64,000 nt of DNA from Candidatus Nanoarchaeia archaeon (GTDB taxonomy: Archaea; Nanobdellota; Nanobdellia; SCGC-AAA011-G17; JAFCDX01). Shown here one piece after another: positions 19,796 through 29,452 of this stretch. The stretch lies in contig JAQUOT010000002.1 of NCBI GenBank assembly GCA_028716945.1, positions 194,202-258,201 on the forward strand. Direction: 5' to 3'. The notes beneath the pieces were generated by a model that was not told the DNA's origin, made no database searches, and saw only the letters and a program-made list of their open reading frames with translations. Within the stretch, counting starts at the first letter, position 1. The number at the start of each line of letters is the position of its first letter. The position numbers and the translations under genes are program-made.

Positions 19796-20503
19796 TTAAT
19801 TTCTCCATTTTGTATTTGTAGTCTCTTTTTCTATCCTACCGTCTTTGATATGAATGATTCTCTTAGCATATTTTACTAATTCAATATCGTGAGTAATTAG
19901 AATTATAGTTTTACCTTGACTATGTAATCTTCCTAAAAAATCCATTACAAATTTTCCAGTAGTACTATCCAAATTACCTGTGGGTTCATCAGCCAAAATT
20001 ACTTGTGGGTCATTTGATAATGCTCTTGCAATTGCAACTCTTTGTTGTTGCCCCCCAGAAAGTTGGTTTGGTTTATGATTTAGTCTTTCTCCAAGACCTA
20101 AAGATTCTAATAATTCTTTCGCCCTTTTTTTAGCTATATATTCTGGTTCATCACTTATTTCCATAGGAAGCATAACATTTTGTAATGCAGTTAAATTTGG
20201 AAGTAAATTAAATTGTTGAAAAATAAAACCAATAGTCTTCCCTCTAAGAAAAGCTAAAGAAGATTCTGACATTTCAGAAATATTTTGATTATTTAAACAA
20301 ACAGAACCCCAAGAAGGTTTATCTAATGCCCCAACAATATTAACCATAGTAGATTTACCAGAACCAGAAGGACCAGTAATTGCAATAAATTCTTGAGATT
20401 TTATATCTAAATTAATTTCTTTTAAAACAACAAGTGGCTCTTCACTACCCATATCATATTTCTTCCAAACATTTTCTATTTTTATTAAAGACTCTTGTTT
20501 CAT
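19796..20503 (-). CDS. ABC transporter ATP-binding protein (LolD/MacB type)
   Basis: [26 protein letters not shown]. Confidence 0.95.
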   Translation of the reverse strand: MKQESLIKIENVWKKYDMGSEEPLVVLKEINLDIKSQEFIAITGPSGSGKSTMVNIVGALDKPSWGSVCLNNQNISEMSESSLAFLRGKTIGFIFQQFNLLPNLTALQNVMLPMEISDEPEYIAKKRAKELLESLGLGERLNHKPNQLSGGQQQRVAIARALSNDPQVILADEPTGNLDSTTGKFVMDFLGRLHSQGKTIILITHDIELVKYAKRIIHIKDGRIEKETTNTKWRN

Positions 20504-20539
20504 TACAAATAATTACAAAAAATTTTGTTTATAAATAAG

Positions 20540-20556
20540 ATGGACTTATAATCCAT
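20540..20556. promoter_or_regulatory. palindromic operator candidate between divergent promoters
   Basis: ATGGA-CTTATAA-TCCAT between TTTATAAA (20528) and TTTAAATA (20571). Confidence 0.55.
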
Positions 20557-20605
20557 TTGCTTTAAAAATGTTTAAATATACAAAAATATACCCAATTAAA
20601 TAAAT

Positions 20606-21292
20606 ATGAGACCATTAGAACAAATTTTTATGGTAGGACCAGGAACAGAAGTATTTTATTCATTTATTATTATAGTTTGTAGTTTAATGGTTTATTTTGG
20701 AACAAAAGAGTTATATGAATTAAGTTCATATAAAGGAATAAAATATTTTAGACTTTCTTTTTTATTTTTTGCCTTAGCTTATTTTTTCAGATCATTTATC
20801 ACCTTTATTTTAAGTTTTTTTAATATAGGTACTATACACGAATTTTCTCCAATATTTATGCCTATAGGGCCATTAACACTATTACTTTTCATGTATTTTA
20901 GTTCTATGGCACTATTCTACCTTCTTTATAGTATAATTTGGAAGAAATGGGATAAAAATTCTATAATGGTCTATACTTTTCATATAATTGCAGTAATAAT
21001 CTCCTTAGTAAGTATCTTTTCTAGAAGAATGGAAGTTCTTTTAGGAATAAATATTTTCCTTTTCATATTTGTTTCAAGCGTATTTTATGTAGCCCACAAG
21101 GATAAAAAAATTAAAAACAAATGGAATAATCTTTACGCAGTTTATATTTTATTGCTTATTTTTTGGGTATTAAATATTATAGATATATTAATCCCTCCTT
21201 TTTTACAAACCTTCCAAATGGTTATTTATTTAGCCTCTTGTGGAATTTTTTTAATTATACTTTATAAAGTTCTTAAAAAAACTGGGAATTGA
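20606..21292 (+). CDS. polytopic membrane protein (about 7 TM)
   Basis: Hydrophobicity pattern, YKGIKYFR.F loop. Confidence 0.75.
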   Translation: MRPLEQIFMVGPGTEVFYSFIIIVCSLMVYFGTKELYELSSYKGIKYFRLSFLFFALAYFFRSFITFILSFFNIGTIHEFSPIFMPIGPLTLLLFMYFSSMALFYLLYSIIWKKWDKNSIMVYTFHIIAVIISLVSIFSRRMEVLLGINIFLFIFVSSVFYVAHKDKKIKNKWNNLYAVYILLLIFWVLNIIDILIPPFLQTFQMVIYLASCGIFLIILYKVLKKTGN

Positions 21293-21296
21293 TACA

Positions 21297-21569
21297 ATGA
21301 TTAAGCGAGGAAAATTAGAAATTACAAAAGATATCTTAGAAATAATATATAATAATAAAAATTCTATAAAACCAACTCCTTTATTGAGAAAATCGAATCT
21401 TTCTTCTACAAGATTTAAAGAGTATTACACTAACCTATTAGAAAAAGGGTTTATACAAGAATTAACTGATAAAGATGGAACTAAATATATTACATTAACT
21501 GAAAAAGGTTTCAGATTTTTAGAAAAATATAAGGCTATAACTACCTTTATTGATGAATTTGAATTATAA
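21297..21569 (+). CDS. winged-helix transcriptional regulator
   Basis: KRGKLEI.DIL, T.L.KSNLS, L.EKGFI, Y.LTEKG. Confidence 0.85.
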   Translation: MIKRGKLEITKDILEIIYNNKNSIKPTPLLRKSNLSSTRFKEYYTNLLEKGFIQELTDKDGTKYITLTEKGFRFLEKYKAITTFIDEFEL

Positions 21570-21586
21570 AAAATAAAAAAAAGAAA

Positions 21587-21646
21587 TTATCTTCTTTTCT
21601 TTTTCTTAGCTTTTTTCTTAGTTTTACATCCGCAACAATTGCACAT
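21587..21646 (-). CDS. 19-aa Cys/Lys-rich microprotein candidate
   Basis: MCNCCGCKTKKKAKKKKRR*, preceded by AAGGAGG right after the upstream stop. Confidence 0.55.
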   Translation of the reverse strand: MCNCCGCKTKKKAKKKKRR

Positions 21647-21658
21647 TTTTATTCCTCC

Positions 21659-21940
21659 TTATTTAACTTTCTTGTCTATGTAATTCCAAAGTTCTGCAAA
21701 TATCCATCCCATTACATAACCTGATAAAAAGGTTAATATCACTAGCATTAATGCATAAACTGCATTAAAATTAGAAACTTGCCAAACATTGTTCAAAAAG
21801 TGCAATGGAAATATCCAATCTAAGAATTTTTGTGTTAAACTTGTGCTTGCTAATATAAACAAAGCCCAAATTAAATGCAATCCACCAATAAAAATTCCTA
21901 AAGTTAAACCAAGCTTATTTGCGTCTAGTTTGTTTGCCAA
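21659..21940 (-). CDS. small membrane protein (DUF5676-like)
   Basis: HLIWA..DWIF.LH pattern; TTG start with GGAGGTG. Confidence 0.65.
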   Translation of the reverse strand: MANKLDANKLGLTLGIFIGGLHLIWALFILASTSLTQKFLDWIFPLHFLNNVWQVSNFNAVYALMLVILTFLSGYVMGWIFAELWNYIDKKVK

Positions 21941-22673
21941 AAATTACACCTCCTTTTTTGTGTTTTTTAAGCAATACTATTAAAGATATTATAAACATTA
22001 GAATACTTAAATATTGCGCTAAGGTTAATCCATAATAAAAAGGTAAATCCTTAAACATATCACAAATAAACCTAAATGCGCTGTATAATAGAATAAATAA
22101 CCAGAATATATATCCAGAAGGTAAGGTTCTTAAGAAATATAATATATTAAACAAAACAAAATTAGAAAATACTTGATATAATTGCACAGGATGTCTTAAT
22201 TCTGAATAATTATCAAATTTATATCCAAATATTGAATTAGTTACTTTTCCAACTAGTTCTTGATTAATAAAATTACCAATTCTAATAAACATAGCTCCTA
22301 AAGCAAAAGGTATTACAATAATATCTGCCAAATCATAGAATTTTATTTTATATTTCTTGCTAAACCATAAAGTCATTAATACATTTGCTATTATTGCTCC
22401 ATGACTAGATAAGCCTCCTTCCCAAGTATAAAATATTTTAATTGGATTAGCATAGAAATAATCAAAATTATAAAAAAGTATATGGAATAATCTTGCTCCA
22501 ATTATAGTTACGATTAAAACATATAAAAAGTATTTATCTATTAATTTTAGATCTATTTTTTTCTCTTTAGCTAATTTTCTTAATAAAAAATAACCTATAA
22601 GAAAACCTAAAGCCATTAATATTCCATACCAAGTTGCCTTTAATGGACCTAAACTAAATGCTACTGGATTCAT
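21915..22673 (-). CDS. lgt: prolipoprotein diacylglyceryl transferase
   Basis: WYG, GARL.H, WEGGLSSHG, RIGNFINQELVG, RHPVQLY, Y..FRF. Confidence 0.92.
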   Translation of the reverse strand: MNPVAFSLGPLKATWYGILMALGFLIGYFLLRKLAKEKKIDLKLIDKYFLYVLIVTIIGARLFHILFYNFDYFYANPIKIFYTWEGGLSSHGAIIANVLMTLWFSKKYKIKFYDLADIIVIPFALGAMFIRIGNFINQELVGKVTNSIFGYKFDNYSELRHPVQLYQVFSNFVLFNILYFLRTLPSGYIFWLFILLYSAFRFICDMFKDLPFYYGLTLAQYLSILMFIISLIVLLKKHKKGGVIFGKQTRRK

Positions 22674-22704
22674 TACAAATAAAAAAGAATAGAAGTTTAT
22701 AAAT

Positions 22705-23253
22705 TTAAGGTTTTACTTTTAATAACTCTAAAGCTTTATTGTATGAATTATCTCCTTTGAAATATAATTCAACGTTTTCACCAAATAAAAAGTTTATTTC
22801 ATTTCCATGGACATGAGTTTGTATATATTTTGCATCTTTATTCATATTTACAACATTTGTTTGTCTTATATACCTCACTGGAAGCATAATAGAACCAGCT
22901 AACAATCCCCAGTTATGATAATTATTTCCAAAACTTATATCAGCATCTTCATAATATTTATGAACATGTCTATTTGTAGGAATTATAAGGTTATCAAAAC
23001 CTTTATTTTCTTTGTATTCTACCTTTTCTCCATTAATTATACCTAAATAAGACCTAAATTTTGTCCTTAAAGGAACGTATTCAACACAACGCTCCATATT
23101 TGGATGACGACCAGAACCACCCTCTTTTGTTAAGGAATCATCTTTTTGAGTCTGCATATTTATTATAAGAATTTGATTTCCAAGATTTGATTTTAATAAT
23201 CCAGTTAATTCATCATAATGTAATTTTTGTTTTATTTCTGCAGGTATTTCCAT
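22705..23253 (-). CDS. hypothetical protein
   Basis: 182-aa ORF with TATA box upstream. Confidence 0.6.
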   Translation of the reverse strand: MEIPAEIKQKLHYDELTGLLKSNLGNQILIINMQTQKDDSLTKEGGSGRHPNMERCVEYVPLRTKFRSYLGIINGEKVEYKENKGFDNLIIPTNRHVHKYYEDADISFGNNYHNWGLLAGSIMLPVRYIRQTNVVNMNKDAKYIQTHVHGNEINFLFGENVELYFKGDNSYNKALELLKVKP

Positions 23254-23325
23254 AACAAATCAAAACCAATTTATTATATAAAGATTTATAGGAAATAAAG
23301 GTATTATTAGAAAATATATTTAGAT

Positions 23326-24363
23326 TTAACCACAACTAGCTGTTGGAGTTGTGCTTGTTGCAGAACCTGTAACTGCTAAAGTTCCTGAACATTCACTTGG
23401 TGCTGTGGTATAAGCGTCACATATTGCAGTTTTATAAGCATCTGCGCCTCTTGATCCTGAATAATCTACTCCATTTATTATTAAAGTTGGAGAGCCTTGA
23501 ACCCCATATTTAGTATTCAATGTTACTTGTTCTGCTAATAAAGTTGTAGCTTGTTTATCATAACATGATTTTACTTTAGTTACATCAACTTTTACAGCTT
23601 TTGCTACAGTTTCCCAACAAGTATCTACGTTTTTATAAGTACAATCTGTTGAAACTTTTAATACATAATCCCAGAATTTATCTTTCTGTTCATTAAAGAT
23701 ACATAATTGTCTTACATCTTCATGTACTTCTTGTGCACCGTGCATTGAACAGTATTTTTCTTCTTTATCAAAGCAGTAATCTAATGGTTGTGCTCCTGCA
23801 TTTGTTGCGTAATCAGAATAAATAACATATCTTGGTATTATTTCAGTATTTTTTAATAATTTAGCAACTGGTGCCATAGCTTGCATTGCTTGTATACCAT
23901 AAGGACAATATGACATTACGAATAATTCTACTTTTGCTTTAGCTAATTTAGGAATATTTTTTTGTTGTGTTTGTGTTCCTTGATTTGTTAAAGATGTTTT
24001 AAAGTCATCAACGTTAATTAACCCCATTCCAGATAAAATTATATTTTTTCCGTCTTTTGTTGCATATACAGGAATTTCATTTCCATTGTATTCTACATTA
24101 ATCAAATATAATCCAGATTCTTCAGAAACATCTTTTAATGTTACAGTTCCTGTTTTAACTAAATAAGTATTAACAAATTTAACAGTATCTTCTGCTACTG
24201 CATTTTTGCTGCTACATCCTGAGAATTGCATAACTACCAATACAACAAAAGCAACTGCAAGAATAATAGTAGCTATTTGCCATCCATTTGTTTTTTTAAT
24301 CTTATGATGTACATTAGAAATATGATGTCTCACTTTTGATTCTTTTTTAATTTCGTCTTCCAT
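23326..24363 (-). CDS. membrane-anchored thioredoxin/DsbA-like protein
   Basis: TM, FVMSYCPYG, SMHG..E, GVQGSPTLIING, terminal SCG. Confidence 0.8.
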   Translation of the reverse strand: MEDEIKKESKVRHHISNVHHKIKKTNGWQIATIILAVAFVVLVVMQFSGCSSKNAVAEDTVKFVNTYLVKTGTVTLKDVSEESGLYLINVEYNGNEIPVYATKDGKNIILSGMGLINVDDFKTSLTNQGTQTQQKNIPKLAKAKVELFVMSYCPYGIQAMQAMAPVAKLLKNTEIIPRYVIYSDYATNAGAQPLDYCFDKEEKYCSMHGAQEVHEDVRQLCIFNEQKDKFWDYVLKVSTDCTYKNVDTCWETVAKAVKVDVTKVKSCYDKQATTLLAEQVTLNTKYGVQGSPTLIINGVDYSGSRGADAYKTAICDAYTTAPSECSGTLAVTGSATSTTPTASCG

Positions 24364-24421
24364 TTTACAATTTTTTTGTTATTTACTTATTTATAAAGTT
24401 TATGAATTTTTAAAATATATT

Positions 24422-24934
24422 TCAAATTATTTTATATTTCATAGAATCTTGTTCAAACGTATAACCTTCAGCAAATATAATGTCCTTGCTAAATATACCC
24501 ATTTTATTAATAGAACATTGCACTATTGTTAATTCTAACCCATATTGATAATAATCTCCTCCAAAACTAAACATATCAGAATCACTTAGTTCACACAATC
24601 CTCTTGGGTGCATATGCCAGGTTCCTATAACATCCGCATATCTATGATCTGAACCACAAGCTTCATATTTCATAGTATTTACCTGAGTACTAATTATTGT
24701 TGGTTCGTATATATTACTAATTTTCCAACCTTCTAAGGTTTTTTCTCCTCTTACACATCTTGTTGTTTCTTCTTGGTTGTTTTCATAAATATTATTAAAA
24801 TCAGTCATTATGTTTTGAGGTATTTCAACGACTCTTTCTTGAAAAACTGCTCTTCCAGTTACATAACTGCTTATAAAAAAGAGTATTATTAGAATTGTCG
24901 CAATAGAAATTTTATTTCCGTTTTTGTTTTTCAA
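24422..24934 (-). CDS. membrane-anchored JAB/MPN+ metallopeptidase-like protein
   Basis: N-terminal TM, E in EETTRC, GTWHMHP-x5-SDSD. Confidence 0.7.
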   Translation of the reverse strand: MKNKNGNKISIATILIILFFISSYVTGRAVFQERVVEIPQNIMTDFNNIYENNQEETTRCVRGEKTLEGWKISNIYEPTIISTQVNTMKYEACGSDHRYADVIGTWHMHPRGLCELSDSDMFSFGGDYYQYGLELTIVQCSINKMGIFSKDIIFAEGYTFEQDSMKYKII

Positions 24935-24991
24935 ACATACACCTCTTAACTAATTACATTTGTTTTAGTTTATAAATCTTTTCTTGGTTAT

Positions 24992-25870
24992 TTATTCAAA
25001 TACCATAGAACCATAACCTACAAAATTATTATAATCTTTAAAAATATCTCCAGAATTATAATATTTTAATAATTTGGCTTTTTTACATCCCAGATTTTTT
25101 AATATTTCTAATCCAAGAGCAATAGGATATTTTCCGCAAATTGTTTTATCTTCTGTATATTCTAAAAATCCTTTAGTATCAAATTTTTTAATCAATTCTA
25201 CTGCTTGTATATCTATTTTTTCAACTTTTTTAGCAGAACCATCTTGTAAAGTATATCCATAACCAGAACCATAATGAGTAAAATCAGAACTTATAATTAA
25301 CTGAAATCTTCTATCTAATTTAGAAAATAATTTTCCAACTTTCCTGCAAGTTTCAAAATCAATATCAGAAACAGTAATAGGTAATATTCTTAATTTTTGT
25401 AAATTATCTTTTGAAATAAATTGTAAAAAAGGTAATTGTACTTCTAAAGAATGTTCTACTCTGTGTGCATTTTCATCTCTTTTAATATTATTTTCATTTA
25501 ATAATTCTAAAAAATCTTTAATTTCTATAGAATTCATATCAGAAATATTTTTAACTAATCCAAAAGGAGTCTGCCAATCTTGTAAACTTAAAGCAATATT
25601 ATTCCCAGTAAAAGCAGTATGATTTACTCCAAGCATAATATAAAATTCAGGAAATTTTGCTTCTCCTAATTCTTTGTAAGAATAACTTGCACAAGGCCCA
25701 GAATAGGTATAGCCTGCATGAGGTGTTATTACTCCAAAAATATTTTTTGTTCTTTTCCCAGGCAATTTTCCAGGTCCTAATTTAGATAAAAAACAATTTT
25801 TTATTTCTTCTTCTAACTCTTGCAAATCTCCTGGATAAAATTGGTTATTTACGATAGGTATTCTTGTCAT
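24992..25870 (-). CDS. MEMO1-family protein (AmmeMemoRadiSam protein B)
   Basis: FYP, PHAGY.YSG, GVNH, EHSLEVQLPFLQ, SSDFTHYG, TICG, YNSGD. Confidence 0.93.
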   Translation of the reverse strand: MTRIPIVNNQFYPGDLQELEEEIKNCFLSKLGPGKLPGKRTKNIFGVITPHAGYTYSGPCASYSYKELGEAKFPEFYIMLGVNHTAFTGNNIALSLQDWQTPFGLVKNISDMNSIEIKDFLELLNENNIKRDENAHRVEHSLEVQLPFLQFISKDNLQKLRILPITVSDIDFETCRKVGKLFSKLDRRFQLIISSDFTHYGSGYGYTLQDGSAKKVEKIDIQAVELIKKFDTKGFLEYTEDKTICGKYPIALGLEILKNLGCKKAKLLKYYNSGDIFKDYNNFVGYGSMVFE

Positions 25871-27588
25871 TTCTTAAGATAATTTATTTCTATTAAGTAT
25901 AATATAATTAAAATTATTATTACAATAAAAATCCAAGGGACAACTAATTTGAGATAATAAAAAGCATAAACTCCTATTGAACATTTTGGACAATTTACTC
26001 CACAATCAATTCCAATTTCATTTGCATCTTTAACTCCATTTTCACAGTGATTTACTGATTCTAAATTTCTAATGTTTTTAGGAGTTTCAGGAGCTTCTAG
26101 ATTTCTCTGAATTAATGTTGCAGGAGCTACAATGGTTTGGCCTTCCCTATTTCCACCAGAACTACCCCCACCTCCACCGCCTCCACCACCAGAATCACCA
26201 GAAGTTTCATGAGCATTTTTTTCTCCAATCAAACTAAAAACATTTACAAAATTATATAAACTTAAATTATAATAATTATTTTCTTTATAATAATCAGCAG
26301 ATATTAAAGTGTTATTAACGTATAAGTTTAAACTAGATTCATTTATATCTAATTCTATTAATTTTGATTGATTGTAGTACATTTCAAATAAACCATTTAT
26401 AAAAATATTATTAATATCTAATTCTAGGATAAACTCTGCTATGCTTAAATTTCCTTTTTCGGCAAGAACATAACTTTTATTAAAAGTAATATTTGTTATA
26501 TTTTCAGAAGTATATAAAGTTAAAATATTTGTTGTTATCTCATTTTCTATAGTGAGCATTCTTTTATAATTACAACTTGGGCAAGAACCTCCACAGTCAA
26601 TTCCTGTTTCATCTCCATTTTGCATTTCATCTATACATGTTGGTTCACAATCATCTCCAACACCATCAAAATCAGTATCCATCTGATCTTCATTATTAAC
26701 GAAATCGCAATTATCACATTCGTCACCAAAATAATCTGTATCAGAATTATTTTGTTCTGGATTGTAAACATCTAAACAATTATCATATTCATTTATTACA
26801 GAATCGTTATCAACATCTCCTGTATCGGTTATGTTTTTGAATTCAAACTGAATCCATTGATTATTTTTTGAATCATCATAAAAGATTCCATACTCCAAAT
26901 CTCCTGTAGCTTCAAAGATTTCTTCTTTACTGTTATTCCATTTTCCATCATAAATATGCTTGCTTATTTTATAGGTTACAAACCAAGTTGAAGAATCAAA
27001 ATGAAATATGATATTAGTTGGATTTGAATATCCTGATGCTTGTTTTTCTAGATTAATTAAAATTAAATCTTTTTTCTTTTGAACTTGGAAGAAAACATCA
27101 TTGTAATCCTTATCTGCCTGATCTAAAGGTAAATCTTCAAAACCAGTCCAAAATTCTCTCTGCGTTTTTTGTTCTTTATCTAACCAAGAAAAAATTGAAT
27201 CTTCTCCGCTATTCTGATTTATAGAAGAAAAATTCTGGCTTAAATACCAATATTGTTCGGTAGTTGCATTTAAATCAAGAGAACAATTTTCAATATCAGA
27301 ATTACAAAGCATTACCAATCCATTTTGTTCTTTCCAATTCCATCTTAAATCTCCATTTCCCTTATTTATTATGTTATAATCTATTACCCCTTTAGAAGAA
27401 GTTAGGATTTTATCAAAATTATTAGAATTAATTATCTCGTAAGCTGTTTCATTTCCAGTATATTCATAATTAGGATTATATACAACAAAACCAGTAATAT
27501 TTACTCCTATTAAAAAGGTTAATAATAAAATAGCCATTATAGCAATACCGATAAGAACATAATCCTCTATTTTTTTAACTAAAGACAT
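25867..27588 (-). CDS. surface protein with thrombospondin type-3-like Ca-binding repeats
   Basis: DNCLDVYNPEQ..DTDFDGVGDDC, ETGIDCGG, poly-Gly, TMs at both ends. Confidence 0.75.
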   Translation of the reverse strand: MSLVKKIEDYVLIGIAIMAILLLTFLIGVNITGFVVYNPNYEYTGNETAYEIINSNNFDKILTSSKGVIDYNIINKGNGDLRWNWKEQNGLVMLCNSDIENCSLDLNATTEQYWYLSQNFSSINQNSGEDSIFSWLDKEQKTQREFWTGFEDLPLDQADKDYNDVFFQVQKKKDLILINLEKQASGYSNPTNIIFHFDSSTWFVTYKISKHIYDGKWNNSKEEIFEATGDLEYGIFYDDSKNNQWIQFEFKNITDTGDVDNDSVINEYDNCLDVYNPEQNNSDTDYFGDECDNCDFVNNEDQMDTDFDGVGDDCEPTCIDEMQNGDETGIDCGGSCPSCNYKRMLTIENEITTNILTLYTSENITNITFNKSYVLAEKGNLSIAEFILELDINNIFINGLFEMYYNQSKLIELDINESSLNLYVNNTLISADYYKENNYYNLSLYNFVNVFSLIGEKNAHETSGDSGGGGGGGGGSSGGNREGQTIVAPATLIQRNLEAPETPKNIRNLESVNHCENGVKDANEIGIDCGVNCPKCSIGVYAFYYLKLVVPWIFIVIIILIILYLIEINYLKK

Positions 27589-27648
27589 ATATTTATAAAC
27601 ACTTTTTTATTTATAAAACTTTATATATTTTTCTGATATCTAAATTCT

Positions 27649-29451
27649 ATGAAATTGGGGTTTAAAAGATTATTGGCAGGTATAGCCTTAACCGGTTTTT
27701 CTTTATTAGCAAAAGCAGAAGCCAAATTTGATTCTTATAGTGATAGAATTGTTTTAACAGAAAAGAATCGTAAATATGCTGGAAGAAAAGTTGTTAATCG
27801 TGAAGAAAAAGTAGCTGGTTGGTATATTGTTGATATTACTGATGAAAAACATAAAAATGTAATCGGGGATGAAAAATATGAAGAAAAACAATATAGAGAT
27901 TTAGCATTTATGTTTGAAATGGAAAAAGATATGCCAATATATTATAAAACCATTGAGAATGCAAGTAATGGTTTTAAAAAAATATTAGCAGCTCAATTAG
28001 GAGTAGAAGCATTAAGATTTACTTATAATACTTTAGTAGATATAGAAGGTTCTTTAGGTGCTTCTGTTGCAACAGGAGGAGCAAATTTATCTGGTGAAGG
28101 ACAAAAATACCTTGTAAGAGAAATTTTTGGAGATTCTCTAGAAGAAATTAATCAGACCTTTAGTAATAATTTAGAATCAAAATATTCAGAAATAGAAAAA
28201 AAAGTAAAAGCAATAAATTCTAAGGATTTAGAAAAAATAATTTCTGGAGAAGAATCAGAATACGTTAATGATTTAAAAAAATTACTTATAAAAGAATTAA
28301 ACAAATCTGTTCATACCAAATTATCAAAAGCAATTGTTCAATTAGAATTAGCCATAAAATATGCTTTAGAAAATAACAGAAGTCTTGCAGAAAATGAAAA
28401 AATGTTTAAGTCTCTTGTAGAAGGGATAAGTGTAGGATTTGGAGTTACGGCTTATTATGTTGAAATGAATGAAAACAATAGTATGGATAATCTTGCAAGA
28501 ACAATTATTATTAGAGGATCAAAAGGAGCAGGCGTTCCATTGAATGCTGTAATAAACAATAAAAAAATATTAGAAGCTCTTAAAGAAGAGAATCACTATC
28601 AAAACGCGGTTAAAAAAAGCGCAGCAAAAACAAGAGAATGGCAAAGAAAACTTTACATTACTTTTAATACAAATTGGGAAGGAGAACGTGTTGAAAGATT
28701 ATTAGATTATATTCAAGAAAACAAACCAAAAGAAAAAAAACCTGCAGAACCTATACAACAAACTCCAAAAGAAAACCAACCTCAAGAAATTATTTTAAAA
28801 GAAGGAACAATGAATATTGATCTAAACAACGATGGAGTAAAAGAATCAATAACTTCGAAGTTTTTCTATAATGAAAGAAATGGAGTATATTTTAATTATG
28901 TTATAATAAACAACACACCACAGATTGGTTCTTGTTCTGATATGAAGCTAGTTAAAACAAAAAATAACGAATATAACCTTTATGTTACTAAAATGACAGA
29001 TGTAGAACCTGATGCTTTGAAAACTTGCACTGTAAAAGAGCGTTATTCTTGGAATGGAGGTATTCCTGTATTAGAATCTACTTCTGGTGAGCCCATACAA
29101 CAAAAACCTAAGATTGAAGTAACTGAAGAAACTAAGCAAACTAAAAGAAGGGTTATGATGAATTATCTTGCTTCTCTTTTTTATGCCAATATATCATATT
29201 TTTCAGATTATAATCAATTTCCTCCTTATTATTCAGGAAACTTAGATAATTATTCAAAACACTTTAAAGAAGCGCGAGGATTAGAATATTATAAAAATAG
29301 TTTCATAGGAGCTACCTGTAATTTAATTTTCAACCCTGTAACTACTTCAAATTTTATTGCTGAATTAAAATGCAATTTAGATAACGATAATGATTTAGAA
29401 ATTTGGAGAATAGATGAAGGCAAAAGATTAGTGCAATTAAATAAAGATTAA
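27649..29451 (+). CDS. secreted hypothetical protein with C-terminal type IV pilin-like domain
   Basis: Signal peptide; tail ..YFSDYNQF..FIAELKCNLDNDNDLEIWRIDEGKRLVQLNKD. Confidence 0.6.
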   Translation: MKLGFKRLLAGIALTGFSLLAKAEAKFDSYSDRIVLTEKNRKYAGRKVVNREEKVAGWYIVDITDEKHKNVIGDEKYEEKQYRDLAFMFEMEKDMPIYYKTIENASNGFKKILAAQLGVEALRFTYNTLVDIEGSLGASVATGGANLSGEGQKYLVREIFGDSLEEINQTFSNNLESKYSEIEKKVKAINSKDLEKIISGEESEYVNDLKKLLIKELNKSVHTKLSKAIVQLELAIKYALENNRSLAENEKMFKSLVEGISVGFGVTAYYVEMNENNSMDNLARTIIIRGSKGAGVPLNAVINNKKILEALKEENHYQNAVKKSAAKTREWQRKLYITFNTNWEGERVERLLDYIQENKPKEKKPAEPIQQTPKENQPQEIILKEGTMNIDLNNDGVKESITSKFFYNERNGVYFNYVIINNTPQIGSCSDMKLVKTKNNEYNLYVTKMTDVEPDALKTCTVKERYSWNGGIPVLESTSGEPIQQKPKIEVTEETKQTKRRVMMNYLASLFYANISYFSDYNQFPPYYSGNLDNYSKHFKEARGLEYYKNSFIGATCNLIFNPVTTSNFIAELKCNLDNDNDLEIWRIDEGKRLVQLNKD

Positions 29452-29452
29452 T

